From assembly GCA_032718475.1 (NCBI GenBank), contig JAUCBJ010002320.1, positions 10,749 to 74,748 on the forward strand: a DNA stretch of 64,000 nucleotides, written 5' to 3'. The stretch is from Nemertoderma westbladi (Eukaryota; Animalia; Xenacoelomorpha). Below are positions 35,501-50,500 of the stretch, piece after piece. The first letter of the stretch is position 1. Each line of letters begins with the position of its first letter. Both the position numbers and the translations under genes were made by a program. A model generated the notes under the pieces. That model was not told where the DNA came from. It searched no databases and worked only from the letters and a program-made list of their open reading frames with translations.

Positions 35501-38500
35501 AACCCGTCTAGCATAGGCTGGGTGCGTATTTTAATTTTTGGTGTGTTTATCTATCTAAAAATGGCTGTATGTAAGTATGAATATAATAATGTATGTATGT
35601 TTCTATCAATGTTGTTGTTGTACTGTATGTATATATTTATGTAGTATGTATCCATCTTCAATAAATCATCAGTTTTCACACAGTTTAGAGATTTGCATAA
35701 TTATAAGGGTTCTTCAGGAATAATTTAGAATAAAATACTTTCATATAAAACAGGACGAGCGCAACGAGGCTTGAAATTAAAGACGAGTACTGAGTTAACT
35801 ATACTGAGCGGGTTCGTTTCTAGTATCTAATGTAATTTAAATTAAACTTATTATATTGTAACAAATTTCACTATCTAAGAAAATTGTAGGACATGGGAAA
35901 ATTATAAAATTGTAGAGAATTGTTGTCCAATGAAAATAATTGTGAATATATATTATGAACACATATAATTATTTACTATATTTACTAATATAATGAAAAT
36001 ATATTCCGCAACCTTAGTATAACTAATAACCCTGCAACCATAGAGTTCGCTAAATAAACTTTTCCCTCTTCTGCAGGGTGGAAATGTCTGTAATTGACTA
36101 TTTACAGCTGTTGTGGAGGAACACTTTGGCAAGTTTACGAGGGGTATCAGTAATGTTTTTTGTGGTTTCTTCCAGGTGGAATACGATGAATGCACTCGGT
36201 TGATACCGAGTGCATGGAGACCTGGCAACATCATGGTCTATGGAAGGTTACATATCGACAACATCTATTTCTGCAAAGGTTAAGGCCGTCGAAGTAGTTT
36301 GGGAAATGAAGTCACACACACTTTCACAAAATGTGGCATTTTTTCCAGTAGAGGTTGAATGATCGAGTTTAGCAGCTTCCCAGGTTATTCAGAAAAGATC
36401 CGAGTGGTGGAAATACATAACTACTCGCTTTCAGAAGGAACTATCCATTGCCCTAATCTGTCCACGGTACCCTGTCTTTGAGGTCCTTAAATAGTGGAAA
36501 TGGGTAACCAATCAGTGATGTTTAGGTACTAGATAATATTCGAGATCTGGAATGTCCAGGGATAAATCTTTCATGATTTTAATCACTCGATATATCAAAG
36601 TACGGTCGAATCCTAATTTCCCATATGAAGAGTCGTCCTGCAGGTTCCAGTGGAACTCCGTTGTCCACATCTCATCATCTATAATGATAATATTGCCTAT
36701 TTTGTCTCCCTGTATGATTGATGGCTATTGTCATAACGACTTCAAATCAGTATTATCATATTTCCACCTGATATATAGCTTGGTATAAGTTGTTTTAAGA
36801 ATAACTTAATTTGGTTGTATTACAGTACAATGCGGTGTGACATTTCGGTATTATCAACTCACTGTAAATTATTGCTTCTGTATAGCTGCCAGCTCAGAAT
36901 CCACGGTGTGGGTAATCGGCTACGGCCAGTCAGTGGTGGGGAGCTTTCTCACTTATGAGATATGAGATATATCCCTCCTGGGGTGGTGGGAGGGTCAAGC
37001 CCTTAGATGGAGTTGAGATGAGGGGGTCAGTAGGCCAATTCCTGGTAGGTCTAGGTGAGGGGGGATTGTTAGACCTATTTATTATAGGAATGTATAAACT
37101 CTATAACCATTTAGAATATGCGCCCCATTGTCTATATTCCCAATATTCCCATTGTCTATATAGTCCAATACTCACTTCCATACAAACTATAATTATAATA
37201 ATTAATAATGTAACTGCCATACAGTATACTGATTGCATATTGTTTATATTGTTTCATGCTAGGTTAAAGCTAGCCTGGTATTGGTCGTTTTCCAGCTGAT
37301 TATAATGAATATATAAAACAAGTAGGGTCTAGGAATTGGATGCTCTGATTGACTAATATTGAGCCTCATTAATACTCTAATATAAAATGAAATATTTCCA
37401 TCCTCTCATGAATTTCAGTCTCTACAATCTGGCAGGGTCGAAAAATTGAGTTTAGCAGAGTGGTCTAGGTCCGAATGAGACGAAGGTCCGAATGGGATGA
37501 AGGTCCGAAAGTGGCCGTCTGGGTCGCTTTTTTTCGGATCTTTGTCTTGTTCGGACCTTTGACCCATCTAAAACATTATCAACATCTAAAACATCTAAAA
37601 CAGCATCAAATATTTAACTTATTCTATCTTATGACGTTGGTAATAAACTTAATGGAGTATTATTTAATGGAGGATTCTACGGACAATTACGGCCCGGACT
37701 ATTATTATAGCTTAACGTTAGGGGACCTTATTACGAATTCGATATATTACGAACACCAATATTGCCAATTTTTCACCAAAAAACCCTCCCACCCACCGAC
37801 CCCCTTATGAATCCAAAATATGTAGGCCTACAGTATTTGCGCCAGATAGGGGGGGGGGGGGGGGGGGGGGGGGGGTGGACTTTCGGCGCAATAAAGATTC
37901 ATCCCTCTTCAGGGGACATTGGACGCAAATAACAGTTGATTACTCTCAAAAATAAAACTGTAACCTGTTCTATTTTGTTTAGTTTATTGTTTTGGTTAAA
38001 ATAACGTGCCACTGTAACCTGCTCCTTTGGACCTGGACCTTTGTCCCATTCGTTTCGTTTTTGTTGTTTCGGACCTTTGTCATAGGTGTTTCGGACCTCC
38101 GTCCTATTCGGACCTCCATCCCATTCGGACCTTCGTCGTATTCGGACCTCCGTCCCATTCGGACCTTCGTCCCATTCGGAACTCCGTCCCATTCCGACCT
38201 CCGTCCCATTCGGACCTTCGTCCTATTCGGACCTTCATCCCATTCTGACCTCCGTCCCATTCGGACCTCCGTCCCATTCGGACCTTTGTCCCATTCGGAC
38301 CTTCGTCCTGAAGCCTAGGAATTGGATGCTTTGATAGGCTAATATTGAACTTCATTAAATCTCTACTAATCTAAAACGAAACTTGTCCAACCTGTCAAAG
38401 GACATCCCACATCATCTTCTCTGCAGTTTGGGAGGGTCGAGTTGTACCTATCGATATCGAGTCGATATCTTATACTGCCTATGTAGCTAATTAATTATAA

Positions 38501-41500
38501 TTAATTTTTAAATATTTAATTGATTTGAACGCAATAAATATAATATTATTTTATTTTCAAATTATTTACAAGGCATTTCCAAGTGTTTTTTTATACATGG
38601 AAAAAATTTCCAATATATACGTGCATTTATTCATGGTGAAATATCATTTTGAAGTGTTACGTGGGTTATGGAATTGTTGGTACTGTTGGCACTTGCAGTG
38701 TTTCCATAAATCTTGGTTATGATTATTTTGTGTAGCCTTGTAAAGGTGTTTATAATAAATCCTGAATAATACGTTTAAATTAATAATAATGTATTATTGC
38801 AGTTGTTGGAATGTAAACACAGTATGTTCTGCAGCTGATTTCATTCCTACGGTTTCCTTAGATAATGGTCTCTGCTATACGTATCCTGGAAGAAATATTA
38901 CATCTGCAGGTAAATTTTATCATTCTCTGCCATACTATATTGATAAATGTTTTTCGAAACTTGAAACATTCGTACATAGTCTGATGTAGACAGGTAGGTC
39001 GAAAATGTGGTCCGAACCAATTCGGTTGAATGAGTTATGCCTCGCAGTTTTAATCACGCTGTTCCTCCACTTTTTGTTGAAAGGATGTAATACAGCTGTG
39101 CTTTGGTTCCATTAGGGTATTGAAAGGTCCACAGCCTCCCCTTACTCTTTTCGAATGTGCTGTTTCTTTGTTGGTATTAATTCACATTCTTCCTTTAGGT
39201 CTAAGAGTATGCAGATTTTTCCCCTTTGAACTGGTGTGATAGGTTCTAAGGTTCTAACCCTTTAGGTTTGCTCATTCAGGTCACCAGCAATGACTTAAAT
39301 ATTGTGTTTCAAAATGTCCTTTATGGAAATAAGTCTGTTTAATTAATATACCAGGCATAAAAAAAGTAAAACAACAGTTTTGTGATGCTTTTTATGTTCA
39401 TTCATGTTATTTCTCATTTTGTATAATCAATCAATTTCATTTAATCATCATTATTTTTAATGAATGAATGAATGAATGAATGAATGATTGATTGATTGAT
39501 TGATTGATTTATTATTATTATTATTATTATTACAGCCACTAAATCTATGGTTACTAACCGGTATGAGTTATCAACAACAACTAATTTTAAATTCAGTTGT
39601 TTTCTATATATTTCACTTCAATTTAGGCCGAAATTCACATTTGGTATTTGCCATAAATGCAGAATCATATGAATACCAGGGACCCATCACGGGATATGCA
39701 CCGGCATCTGTTTACCTCACTATACATGAGGCCAATGCTCTACCAGATTTTAAATCAGCAAAGAGGTTTGAACTGATCGCTGGAACATCTACGGAATTGG
39801 GAATCTACATGAAACTTGTGAGTTTGTCTACTAGAGGTCAGAAAGTCTGTTATTATATGTTATATGTATGTTATTAAAAGGTAATTTAGAGTTGAAGATA
39901 TTCGACCAAATACAGTTTGTGTGAATATGTCCAATAACATATTTTCTTATATCATGTAGGTTGAGGTATATCGGGACCACATCATCTAAAATAACATGGG
40001 TTAACCCCATTAGTACCGGGCTATAAAATATACAAATACCGGGGCGGGGGGGGGGGGGGGGGGGGGTCGTATTGACCCGCCCCCTCTAAAATCTACAAAT
40101 ATTAACAAAACGTCTGATTTTTTGTTTGTACGTAGATTTTACTAGTCTGAATCCGAGCGAAAAATAAAAAAAATTTAGAAAAAATGTACTGGGGTGGTTA
40201 TTTTGCAGCACCAAAGTTAAGTAGTGAACAATTTTCATAAAATTTGAAAGTTACAATTTTCTGCTGATTATTTTTCAATTTCCAATTTGCCAGATCATTG
40301 CTACACTTATTTTTCCGGCGCAACATGGCAAAATTTGGTGCTAGCACCAAATTTCGTACCCATCACCAAAAAGTACAAGTTTGAGATGTCCAGTGCTGGT
40401 TTCATTGATTCATTTGGGTTCAGAGTAGGATGGTCAACAATCAAGGCTACAAAAATTCTGTACAGCAATATCTCCAGTTCCCTGGGTGAACCAAAGGGTC
40501 ACTAGTATTGTGTCTTTGTAGACTTTGAAATAGCATTTGATAAAGTGAACCGTGTCAAGCTTATAATTAAACTTCACAAATTTGGTGTCAGTACAAAGTT
40601 CCTGAAAGCTCCTTTGGCTGTTATTTGTGTAATTTGTATCTTGGTTGTCATTGATTCACTTGTTACTTCTCCTATTACCCAGACAATTGGTGTCCTTCAG
40701 GGTGACAAAATGTCCCCTCATTTATCCGCACTTTTCGTCACTGATCTCCCCGCTGCGTTGCGTTGATTTCTATGGGAGTGCTAGTGCTCATGTATGCTGT
40801 CGATCTAGTGATAGTGGCTGATACCATCGAGCAAACACAGCATGCACTTAATAGACTGTCATCTTACTGTAAAAATAACTCGTCTGTCAACATTGCAAAG
40901 GTGGAGGCTGTGAAATTCCACCATGGTATCCGATTGGCTGCTGCTGACAAGCTTACATATAACAACATGTAAATTGTAATGTTCGCTATACAGCGAATCA
41001 TGAAAGGGTAAACTACCCATCCAGATGTCTGACTGAAAGAGGGGAATCCGCTATACAGCAGTAACTTCCATGTATATTCAAAACTAAGAATAGCATATAT
41101 ATATTTTGAATCTCCCGCCACCATTGGATATCTTAGATCGACTATAACAACTCTCCTTTTTTAGAGATACAAATTGGATCTGGACGCCTAGACTAAATAA
41201 CCTATGAATGTATCTTAAACTCAATATTATACACTTATACATAATATCATAATACACTTTGCACTGTATAATAATGTCCTAGTTCCTTTTTTTGAGATTC
41301 ATTTGTGATGAATCTATATATTTCCACCTAGTTGACTATAATCAAGACGATTGGGTTGACATTTGTTGCGTGCACTTCGTCGAACACTGGGTGAGTCCAG
41401 ATCGATTGAATTATCGATTGAATTGTCGCTTGAATTGTAATTCGATTGCGCCATATTGTCCGAATGATTTATTAGTTCAGCTTGGACTGGGCGGATAAAT

Positions 41501-44500
41501 CTTCGATTCCGCCATAAGTTTCGTCCAGACGGAAAGCGTAACCGATATCTGCGATCATTGGCAGTTTCAATGACTTTAGCGATGCGATCCCATTTATTAG
41601 TTGATGTATTTTGCACTAGGACAGTGGTGTTTGTCGATATTGGCGTGAGTGCAAAAGCGGATCTGTTATAATAGTATTTATGTTTCTCAGCTGTATCCAA
41701 CCTTCGATGGTCGGATAAATCAGCACTTCTTTGCCATTCTGGCGAATAAGCACGCCAATGAGTTGGTATTAGTGTCCGCGTAGGGTGTCCGAATACACGT
41801 TGTGCCGGGGATAGGCCATCAGAATTGGGAGTGTTATATAATTCTAACATGCCAGACTGAAATTCGTGACTTTCTATGTTACCGCCGGTTTTCGCCAATA
41901 AGTATTTAGCTTTTTTGACATTTGCTTTGGCATGTCCATTTCCCTGGGGATGTTTAGGTGATGAGGGAGTCCATTTAACTCCCCAAGTCTGTAGGAATTT
42001 TGACATTGTTTCTGCAGCATATTGGGGTCCTTGATCCGTTGTTAGTGTGTTGGGTATACCAAGCATTGCAAATAAACGTCGCAATACCTTTATTGTATCG
42101 GTTGCAGAAGGTGCACTGGGAAACTTTTCGACCAATAGATATCCGGAATACCTGTCGGCATATATTATGTAATATTGTGTTGAAAGTTGGTAAAAATCAG
42201 ATGAGACTGAAACAAATGCTCGTTTTGGAATGTGTGCTTGAAGAAGTGGTTCATGAGGTAATGAACTCCGATATTTCTGACATTCTAAACATTTATTTAC
42301 TGTGTTGGTGATATCAGTGGAATAACCGGGCCAGTATACGGATTGACGTGCGCGTCTTTTTGTGCGGTCTATTCCTTGGTGACTTGCGTGGAGTTTACGG
42401 AGAATATCATTAACTGATGTTGGTGGAATGACAATCTGATGTCCTTTCAATACGATACCATTTTCTATAGAAAGGTCATTGCGAATACTCTTAAACTTTT
42501 GAATGTACCCATTATTATTAGTATTTTGAAAGTTATTAGAGATTGCTGTAATAAGTTCTTGATAATTAATGTCTCTGTCGGCGCATTTACGCAAATCGTC
42601 TACTATTAAGTCAGGTATTTCGAATGCAGCTATGTTTGTATCAATTGCATGCAGTGCCGAATTTTCCATTTCTATCAGATCATCATCAATATCTGGCTCT
42701 AGAACCGGTGCTCTAGACAGTGCGTCTGGGATTGAGTGTTGTTTTCCATGTTCCCAAACTACGGAAAAACTGTAGTCGCTTAGTCTAGATCTATAATTGA
42801 GAATGCGAGTGTTATCGATCTCTATTAATCCATAGTTGTTGAATATTTGGACCAGAGGTTTGTGGTCTGTGATAACAGTAAATTGGGGTATACCTGCCAA
42901 ATACACATGACATTTTTTGATGGCCCATGTTATAGCTAAGGCTTCTAGTTCAATAACCGCGTATCTGGTTTCAACATCCTTCAAGAAGCGGCTTCCGCAT
43001 TGAATTAATTTCTGAACTCCTGCCTGTTTTTGCAGTAGTGCAAACCCAAGTCCATTTAACCGTGATGCATCTGTTTTTAATATGGTTTCAGCGGTGGGAT
43101 CGAACATTCCAAGAATTGGTGGGCTCAATAATATTTGTTTTGTTTTTTTGAATGCTATAGAATGCTCTTCCATCCATATAAAGTTGTTCTTTGTACTTAA
43201 TAACTGGCGTAACGGAGTGGTTGCAGACGAAATTTCTTTGCTGAATGAACCCAATTGGTTTACTAATCCTAAGAAACTACGCAGGTCTGATCTGGTAGTA
43301 GGCACTGGAAAATCTGATATTGCACTGGTTTTCCGTTGATCAATTGAAATTTCACCATAAGAAATATGATATCCTACAAAATTGATCTGTTCTGCGCACA
43401 TGATTGACTTCGATTTGTTTACTGTTAAATTATGGTATGCACACCTCTCAAGTACATTGCAAACAGTTCTGATAAGATCTGGTAGGGTTGATGTACCTAT
43501 ACCAATATCGTCAATGACCTTTTGAACATTTATACCGGCCATAGCATGATCCCCGCGAAATGAATAACTGTCACCTGTAGACACAAATCCCATAGGTGAT
43601 CTCAAATATTTGTATTTCCCAAATGGAGTTATAAAGACAGTGAGATCTTGTGCTGCTGAATCTAATGGCATTTGCCAATAGCCTTTAACTAAATCAATTT
43701 TACTGAAAAATCTGTCATTAAGTGAAAATCCACTGATTGCCTCGGCTGGGGTTTTGGTATGATATGCGGTTCTCTCTACCTGTGTATTTAATTTGGTTAA
43801 ATCGGCACATATACGAACCTCACCATTCTGTTTTGGAGTGACCACGATGGGATGGCACCATGATGTAGGTATATCTCCTACAGGTTCTATTATTTCACGT
43901 TCTACCATGTATTCTAATGCCTTTTTGGCTTTGTCTCGCATTGCATATGGTATTTGACGCGCAGCATGGATTGCAAATGGTTTTACTTCAGATTTCAATG
44001 TTATGGTCATTGGTGAACCAACAATGTTTCCCTTCATTGGACGTAGTTCGGTAGAATCATCGAAAACTTTATGATATACAGTTTGTAATTTTTCTGTTAT
44101 CATTTTAATGAGGTCTGGCGTTAGATGGTGAACATTTGGTATAGTTTTAATCCATTCCTCTCGTTTCTGCCATACTGGTTTATGCTTATCATTGGAAGCT
44201 ATTGTTTGAGTTGTATCAACTGTGTTGAAATCAGTGGAATCTTTTATACCACTTATGTGATTTGTATATGATGGATTTGGGAATTCAGGTGGTATAATGT
44301 GCAGTGCTTGACATGTCTCAAGTGATAGATAAAATCCAACAACATCGTAACATACCACAACCAAGGTAGTTGTTTGTTTATTACCAGCGGTTATAGAAGC
44401 TTTAAATGTACCAATTTGTTCTAAGCTTTTTCCAGCGACCGATGATAAATTATGCTTTAGTTTTGGTTCAAGAACCAATTTATTAACGATACCTGTATTG

Positions 44501-47500
44501 TTGAATGTTTCCAAACCCATTACAGTTCTCCCAGCTCCTGTATCAGCCAGTGCGGTAACAGTAATTGGCGAAACTAGACCTTCTGGGATTATGTTTACAT
44601 TTAAATAATATGCATTATTTCTTTTTACTATTGTGTTAATTTCACTATTAATTATATCTGTATTGTCGTAATTATCGTAATTGTTAAAAATTGTTAATAT
44701 GTTTAACTTACCATCATCGTTGTTAAATGTGGGGGAATCTTCATCCTGTTCATCAGATATGGATGAAACTTCATCGTTTGACTCTGAAATGCAAATTGCC
44801 CTTATTGATGACAAAGGTGTTGATGACAAGGGATGATTGAGGACAAACTGGGGCAAAATGTCCGATTCCACCACAACAAATACATTTCGACCGCGATGCT
44901 GGACAAGGTTTCGATTTATCCCGATGATTATTTTGACCACAGTGGAAACAGCGTTGATAAGTATTTTTAGGATTGCTGTTTTTCTCATGGATTTCCGTCT
45001 TCTGTGTGTTAAATAATCTCCCATTTGATTGGTTCGTTTTCCATTTACGTTTATTGTAATCAGTTTTTGTTGTGTTTACACTATTATCATTTGAATAAAT
45101 ATGTGCCTTTGGTCGCCCCGAGAGATAAGGTTGCAGTTCGAGCGGTTTCTAGTCCTATGATAAATTTCCGTGATTCATTGAAACTCAAAGGAGGGTCCTT
45201 GGCAATGAGTTTTTCTTTATCTTCTTCTTCTGACATTGCAAGAATTAATAATGCTGTGTGTAAACGGTCCGTTGTAACAGTTTTTGTATTAGCATATTCT
45301 CCTAATTCTTCGATTTCATTGCAAAGTGACGTATATGTTTGTCTGTCTTTCTGCTTTATGGTTAACAGAGCACGCCAGTCAAGATTGGTATTTCGTAGAG
45401 ATCGTAAATAATCTTTTATATCGTTTTGAATTTCGTCTACATTTAGATCTGTGTTTGCTGGAATTCCCAATGTTCTGTTAACAATCTTCAGGAAACCTGG
45501 GGAACAACAATCCCAGAATGCTGATAACTGAACATCGTGTGTGCGTTGACTGAGGGCCATTAGGTTTGAATAATTTATCCATAAAGGTATCCATTCATTA
45601 AATTTCCTGAAATCAGTATCTGATTCGAGAATAGGGGGTCTGTGTGGTGAAAGTTTTGGATGTTCAGAATTATTGCGATTCAGACCTCTATTATCGTCTG
45701 CGTATTCTGCAGTTAAACCAATTGTTGCGGTCCTGGCAGCAATTGCGTTTTCTCGTGCCTGCTTGCATTTTATATGTGCTTCAATATCGGCAAGTTTCTC
45801 TTTTGCTTGAAGCAATATTTCTTCCCAATTATCGATGTCATTATCGGCATCCGTTTCTGTACTTCCTGTACAGCATGTTACCATTGTATCAGCATCTCGG
45901 AATTTTTCGAATTTTTTCTCCCAATCTATGATTCTAGTAGCAATCGATGTTGGGTATATACCTTCGGTGCTTGTTAATGCTTCATAATGCTGGATTGCAT
46001 CTAAACCGGCTTTAGATGCTCGCGTCACTGCTGACTTATATCCACGACGTGAAGCCTTTAAACTCTTTAACTCCGACATAACAGGTATGCTTTACAGCAT
46101 AAATTACTGTACCGGTATAGAGGATACAAACCCCGTTATGCCGTTGCCAGCTACTGCTACCGGCAGACCGGTACTATATCTGTCAGTCTGTGTATTATAA
46201 TGTAAATCAATTACCGGTATTGTTTACTACCGTAAATATTTAGTCTTTAATCTATATAGATTCAATAATATCTCGCAGCGCCATGTAATGTTCGCTATAC
46301 AGCGAATCATGAAAGGGTAAACTACCCATCCAGATGTCTGACTGAAAGAGGGGAATCCGCTATACAGCAGTAACTTCCATGTATATTCAAAACTAAGAAT
46401 AGCATATATATATTTTGAATCTCCCACCACCATTGGATATCTTAGATCGACTATAACATAAATCAAATTTGTTTCCAGTTTCAACTACCTTGGTATTGTA
46501 CTAACTGCATTTATAACTCGAATTCTGGACACCTAATACATCACTACAGTAAGGCTATTGCTGCCGCCATCAGTCTATCTATCAAAGTAGACCTGCAAAT
46601 GGTCTCACTGTCGTCAGCGATGTGCCTGTACCAACTCGTGATCATTCCTTCTGCATTATACGGAGTGGAGGTTTTCAACCTAGATAGGGACAGCCAACTG
46701 ATTCAAGCTCACCTACGAAAGATCAAAGTGTTTTACTTCAAGTTGTGGGAAGGAGTTAGCAAGTTCTCGTCTTCTTCCACTTCTATTCTAAATGCTTTAG
46801 AAGACATATCCTGTGACCCTTGGAAACTAACTCTTCCAGATTATCTGGTTTCCATCGACGCTTCGTGGCACAACATCTGAGCAACGGGCATCACCATCTG
46901 CTTTGTTTTGACACGCGCTGTTGGAGACCAAAGCTGACCTGTGTCTGTAAACTCTGCGGAGCGGCAGCAGGCTCACCGGACCATCTATTGTCCGATTGTT
47001 CCTGGGCTGCACCAGTGACAGGAGATTCCATGCTTGCACGACTCAAAAAGATACACGTAGCAATAGCAATCCTCGACAAACTGAGCAGAATCTGCCATTA
47101 GTAGGCCTATAGTATACGAAATAGTACTCCCCTGTAATGTGCATGTCAAATGTCTTCTCATAAGCACATATTAATATATACAAAAAAAAATTGCGCTGAT
47201 TCTAATGGAATACATTTCTAATTTGCCAGATCATTGCTACACGTATTTTTCGGCGCAATATGGCAAAATTCTCCCAATTTCGTACCCATCACCAAAAAGT
47301 ACAAGTTTGAGATGTCCAGTGCTGTTTTCATTGATTCCATCGGATTCAGGACCCACGTAAACGTATAACGCAAGAAACAAGATGATACTATCTATTGATA
47401 AATTTGCTTATTTTCAAACATTTGGTGCTGGCACAACAATTTTTACCCATTGTCGAAAAATACAAGTTTGAAAATTTTTACAAACTTTTTTTTACAAGCA

Positions 47501-50500
47501 ATTTTTACTTATTCCAATGTATTCAACCCTCACAAACCCGTATAACGCAAGAAACAAGTGACACAATCAATTGATGCATTTGATGGTTTTCAAAATTTGG
47601 TGCTAGCACCACATTTTGCGCCCACTTCCGAAAAATACAAGTTTGAGATGTCTAGTTAGATAATTATTTATTCCATTGAATTCACAACCGCAATAAACCT
47701 CTAAAACGCGGGAAATAAGTTGTCCCAAGCAATTTAACTATTGAATAGATTTTCAAAATTTCGTACTGGCACCAAATTTTGCACACAGCACCGAAAAATA
47801 TAAGTTTGATACGCCTGGTGCTACACATATATATTCCATCGAAATCAGAACCCCAAAAAACGAATAAACAGCTTCTAACAATCAATTTACAAAATTGACA
47901 TATTTCAAAATTTGGTGCTGGCACTAAAATTTGGCACCCGCCTAAATACCAAGTTTGAAATTTCTAAATTAATTTATATGAATGCCATCTAATTGCAAAC
48001 ACCAAAAAACCGGTGTAAGTCTAAAATAGAGATGTTACCAATCATATTTCATGAAATGTAATTTTTAAAAAACGTTTAAAAAAAAGTGCCAAACGTAGAG
48101 TTAACAAATGGAGCTATAACTCGAAAAGTTCCCAATAGTTTTGAAAACCGTTTTCACTGTTAGGAAGGGAATAGGTTTTTAGGAAAAGTCATAAAATCTC
48201 AGAATCCCACCTACCTTTGTTTCAGAGTTATAACAAAAAAACCACGGGAGGTGGGGGGTCATATTGACCATTTGGTTATACATACTAATGTGTGTGTATG
48301 TGACCCTCCACTCAAGTGGGAGAATCCGAATCCTGCAAGATAGATGGCATCTATGAACTCTGAACAACTCTGACAGGTCTACCTCCACCATTACGGATTT
48401 TCATTTGGGGTAAGGGGTACTTGTTATAATTTTTACTGGGTGCCATGCCCCCTGTCCCAAAAAAAAAAAATAAAACGAAAACAAAAGGGGCCTCAAGTAG
48501 GCATAGGAAACCTTTTTTGTTTTTAAAAATTTCGAATTAATTATTTCATTATAAAGTGTGGTAAAAACGAAAATGCCATGTTATATATAGAGATATCTAC
48601 AGTATATATTGTGATAAGTAAATTAGATAAAGGTGATAACAGAGATTACTTGGATTTGCAATTTGCCAAATTTGTGCCATTATTACATAATTTGTAGATA
48701 CTCTTCTCTGTCCCAGTGTCAATTCCTTTATTATACACCCATCCACCATTGTATCGACTAAGTGCGAATACTCGCGAACAGTAGCGAGGTAGCATAATCT
48801 AATGTATTGTCCTCAGTAAAATGTGTTATGTAATGATTAGTTTAGTTAATTGGAGGAAGACCAAAGATGTTTTATATTGAGTGAAACTTATAAGCGCAAG
48901 TAAATATAGATAAATTTTTATTAAACTTTGTTGAAATATATACTGTATATACCAATTTAACAGATGAGATTGGAGTACTTTTGCTGTGTCATCGAAGAGG
49001 GCTTCTTCCTCGGGGTCACGTCGAATTTCTATTAGGTGTATAATGTTGCTAGGCCTTTTGGCTTGTATGTACCATCTGCATCTGTAAGATTGATAATTCT
49101 GTATTTTTATATACTAAGCATTGGTTTTGCATGCATATCCAAGCACAATCATTACGCTTCGCAAAAAAATTACAGCATACAAGAATATATAGTTCTGAAA
49201 GTCCTTGTTGTATACCTTGTATACCTTGTTGTATACCTTGTTGTGTACCTTGTTGTATACCTTGTATACCTTGTTGTATACCTTGTTGTATACCTTGTTG
49301 TATACCTTGTTGTATACCTTGTTGTATACCTTGTTGTATACCTTGTTGTATGCCTTGTTGTATACCTTGTTGTATACCTTGTTGTACACCTTGTTGTATA
49401 CCTTGTTGTATACCTTGTTGTATACCTTGTTGTATACCTTGTTGTATACCTTGTTGTATACCTTGTTGTATACAAGGTATACAAACAATGTGAATTGTTT
49501 GTTTGCGAATATGGCATCATATGCCATATTCGCAATTTATGCGAATTTGTTTGAATTATCTGATATGTATAAATAGCATATATATATAATCTTTGCATGA
49601 TTTTTTGGTTTTACAGTTCCAACGCCTTGATACGAAACAGGATCCGTGTATAAAAGAAAACAACTTGAAGTACTACACCAACTATTCAATATCAGCTTGT
49701 TTGAGCGAATGTAATGCACAATTTGTTATTGAGAAGTGCAATTGCTCAGGTTCAATATTTGGAGCAAATGTGACAGATGTCAGGAGCTGCTCACCATTTG
49801 AAACTTCAAACTGTGTTATGCCAGCAGGTATGTTTTTTAACAATTTTTGAATGACTTAATCTGAACATTTTTTTCAAATGAAAACTATATATAATTTCGT
49901 TTAAAATTTAAATAATAAGTTGTTTCTTTTAAAGAATAATCTTTAGGAATATGTGCTTTGACATTGGAACTTGGAGATGTTAATTGTAAGCCATTCATGA
50001 TTCGACAGATTTTCCACATCTAATCAACAAGAAACTGCCGTTGAGTAAATTTAATAGCAAGGCTAATTAATTTGGTAGGCCTATGGAGTGGGCCTTCCGG
50101 TAGCGCATCGACACTCAGTCTTATATATTCCAATTGGTTTGAATAAAGGACTGTGGCCAAAATATATCATTTGAACTCAATTTTTCATAGAAAACAATGG
50201 AAAGTACTGTATCCATCCGTCATTATCTTGTAAAATTAATTTAATTTAAGTAATTTAATAATCATTAATTCCTTCAATGTTGCAGTTACTGCAGATGGTT
50301 ATCTGTCCTACTTGAAGCACCAACACGCATGTGAAGCAAATTGTACGGTACCATGTAGTGAATGGGATTACACGTTTCAAGTTGAATCACAATCCGATTG
50401 GCCTCGACAGTATGGTCTGGAATATGATTTAGATGCTAATGCAGGTTACCTTGCCTTGGTAACTGCCTTTTGTGGTCCAAAACCAAATGATGACAAAGAT

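Larger units (their letters stand above)
40975..46458 (-). mobile_element. Full-length young Gypsy (Mag-like) LTR retrotransposon
   Basis: 175-bp LTRs at 40975-41149 and 46284-46458 (TG..CA, one mismatch), 5-bp TSD TAAAT, PBS TGGCGCTGCGAGA, PPT AAAAAAGGAGAGT. Confidence 0.97.
40419..47160 (+). mobile_element. Degenerate non-LTR retrotransposon split by an LTR element
   Basis: FVDFEIAFDKV, GVLQGDKMSP and MYAVDL lie before 40974. YLGI, LYGVEV and C-terminal CKLC..H..C lie after 46463. Confidence 0.8.

Noticed and set aside
37899-38355. Repetitive ORFs on both strands
   Set aside because: They derive from the 20-bp tandem array.
18528-40046. Several long poly-G runs on the plus strand (G-quadruplex potential)
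   Set aside because: They sit within transposon-like fragments and homopolymer lengths are unreliable; no function can be supported.
49036-49598. Cys-rich (CCIP)n, (VVYL)n and (YTTR)n ORFs resembling metallothionein or membrane proteins
   Set aside because: All are translations of a 12-bp minisatellite that is open in several frames.
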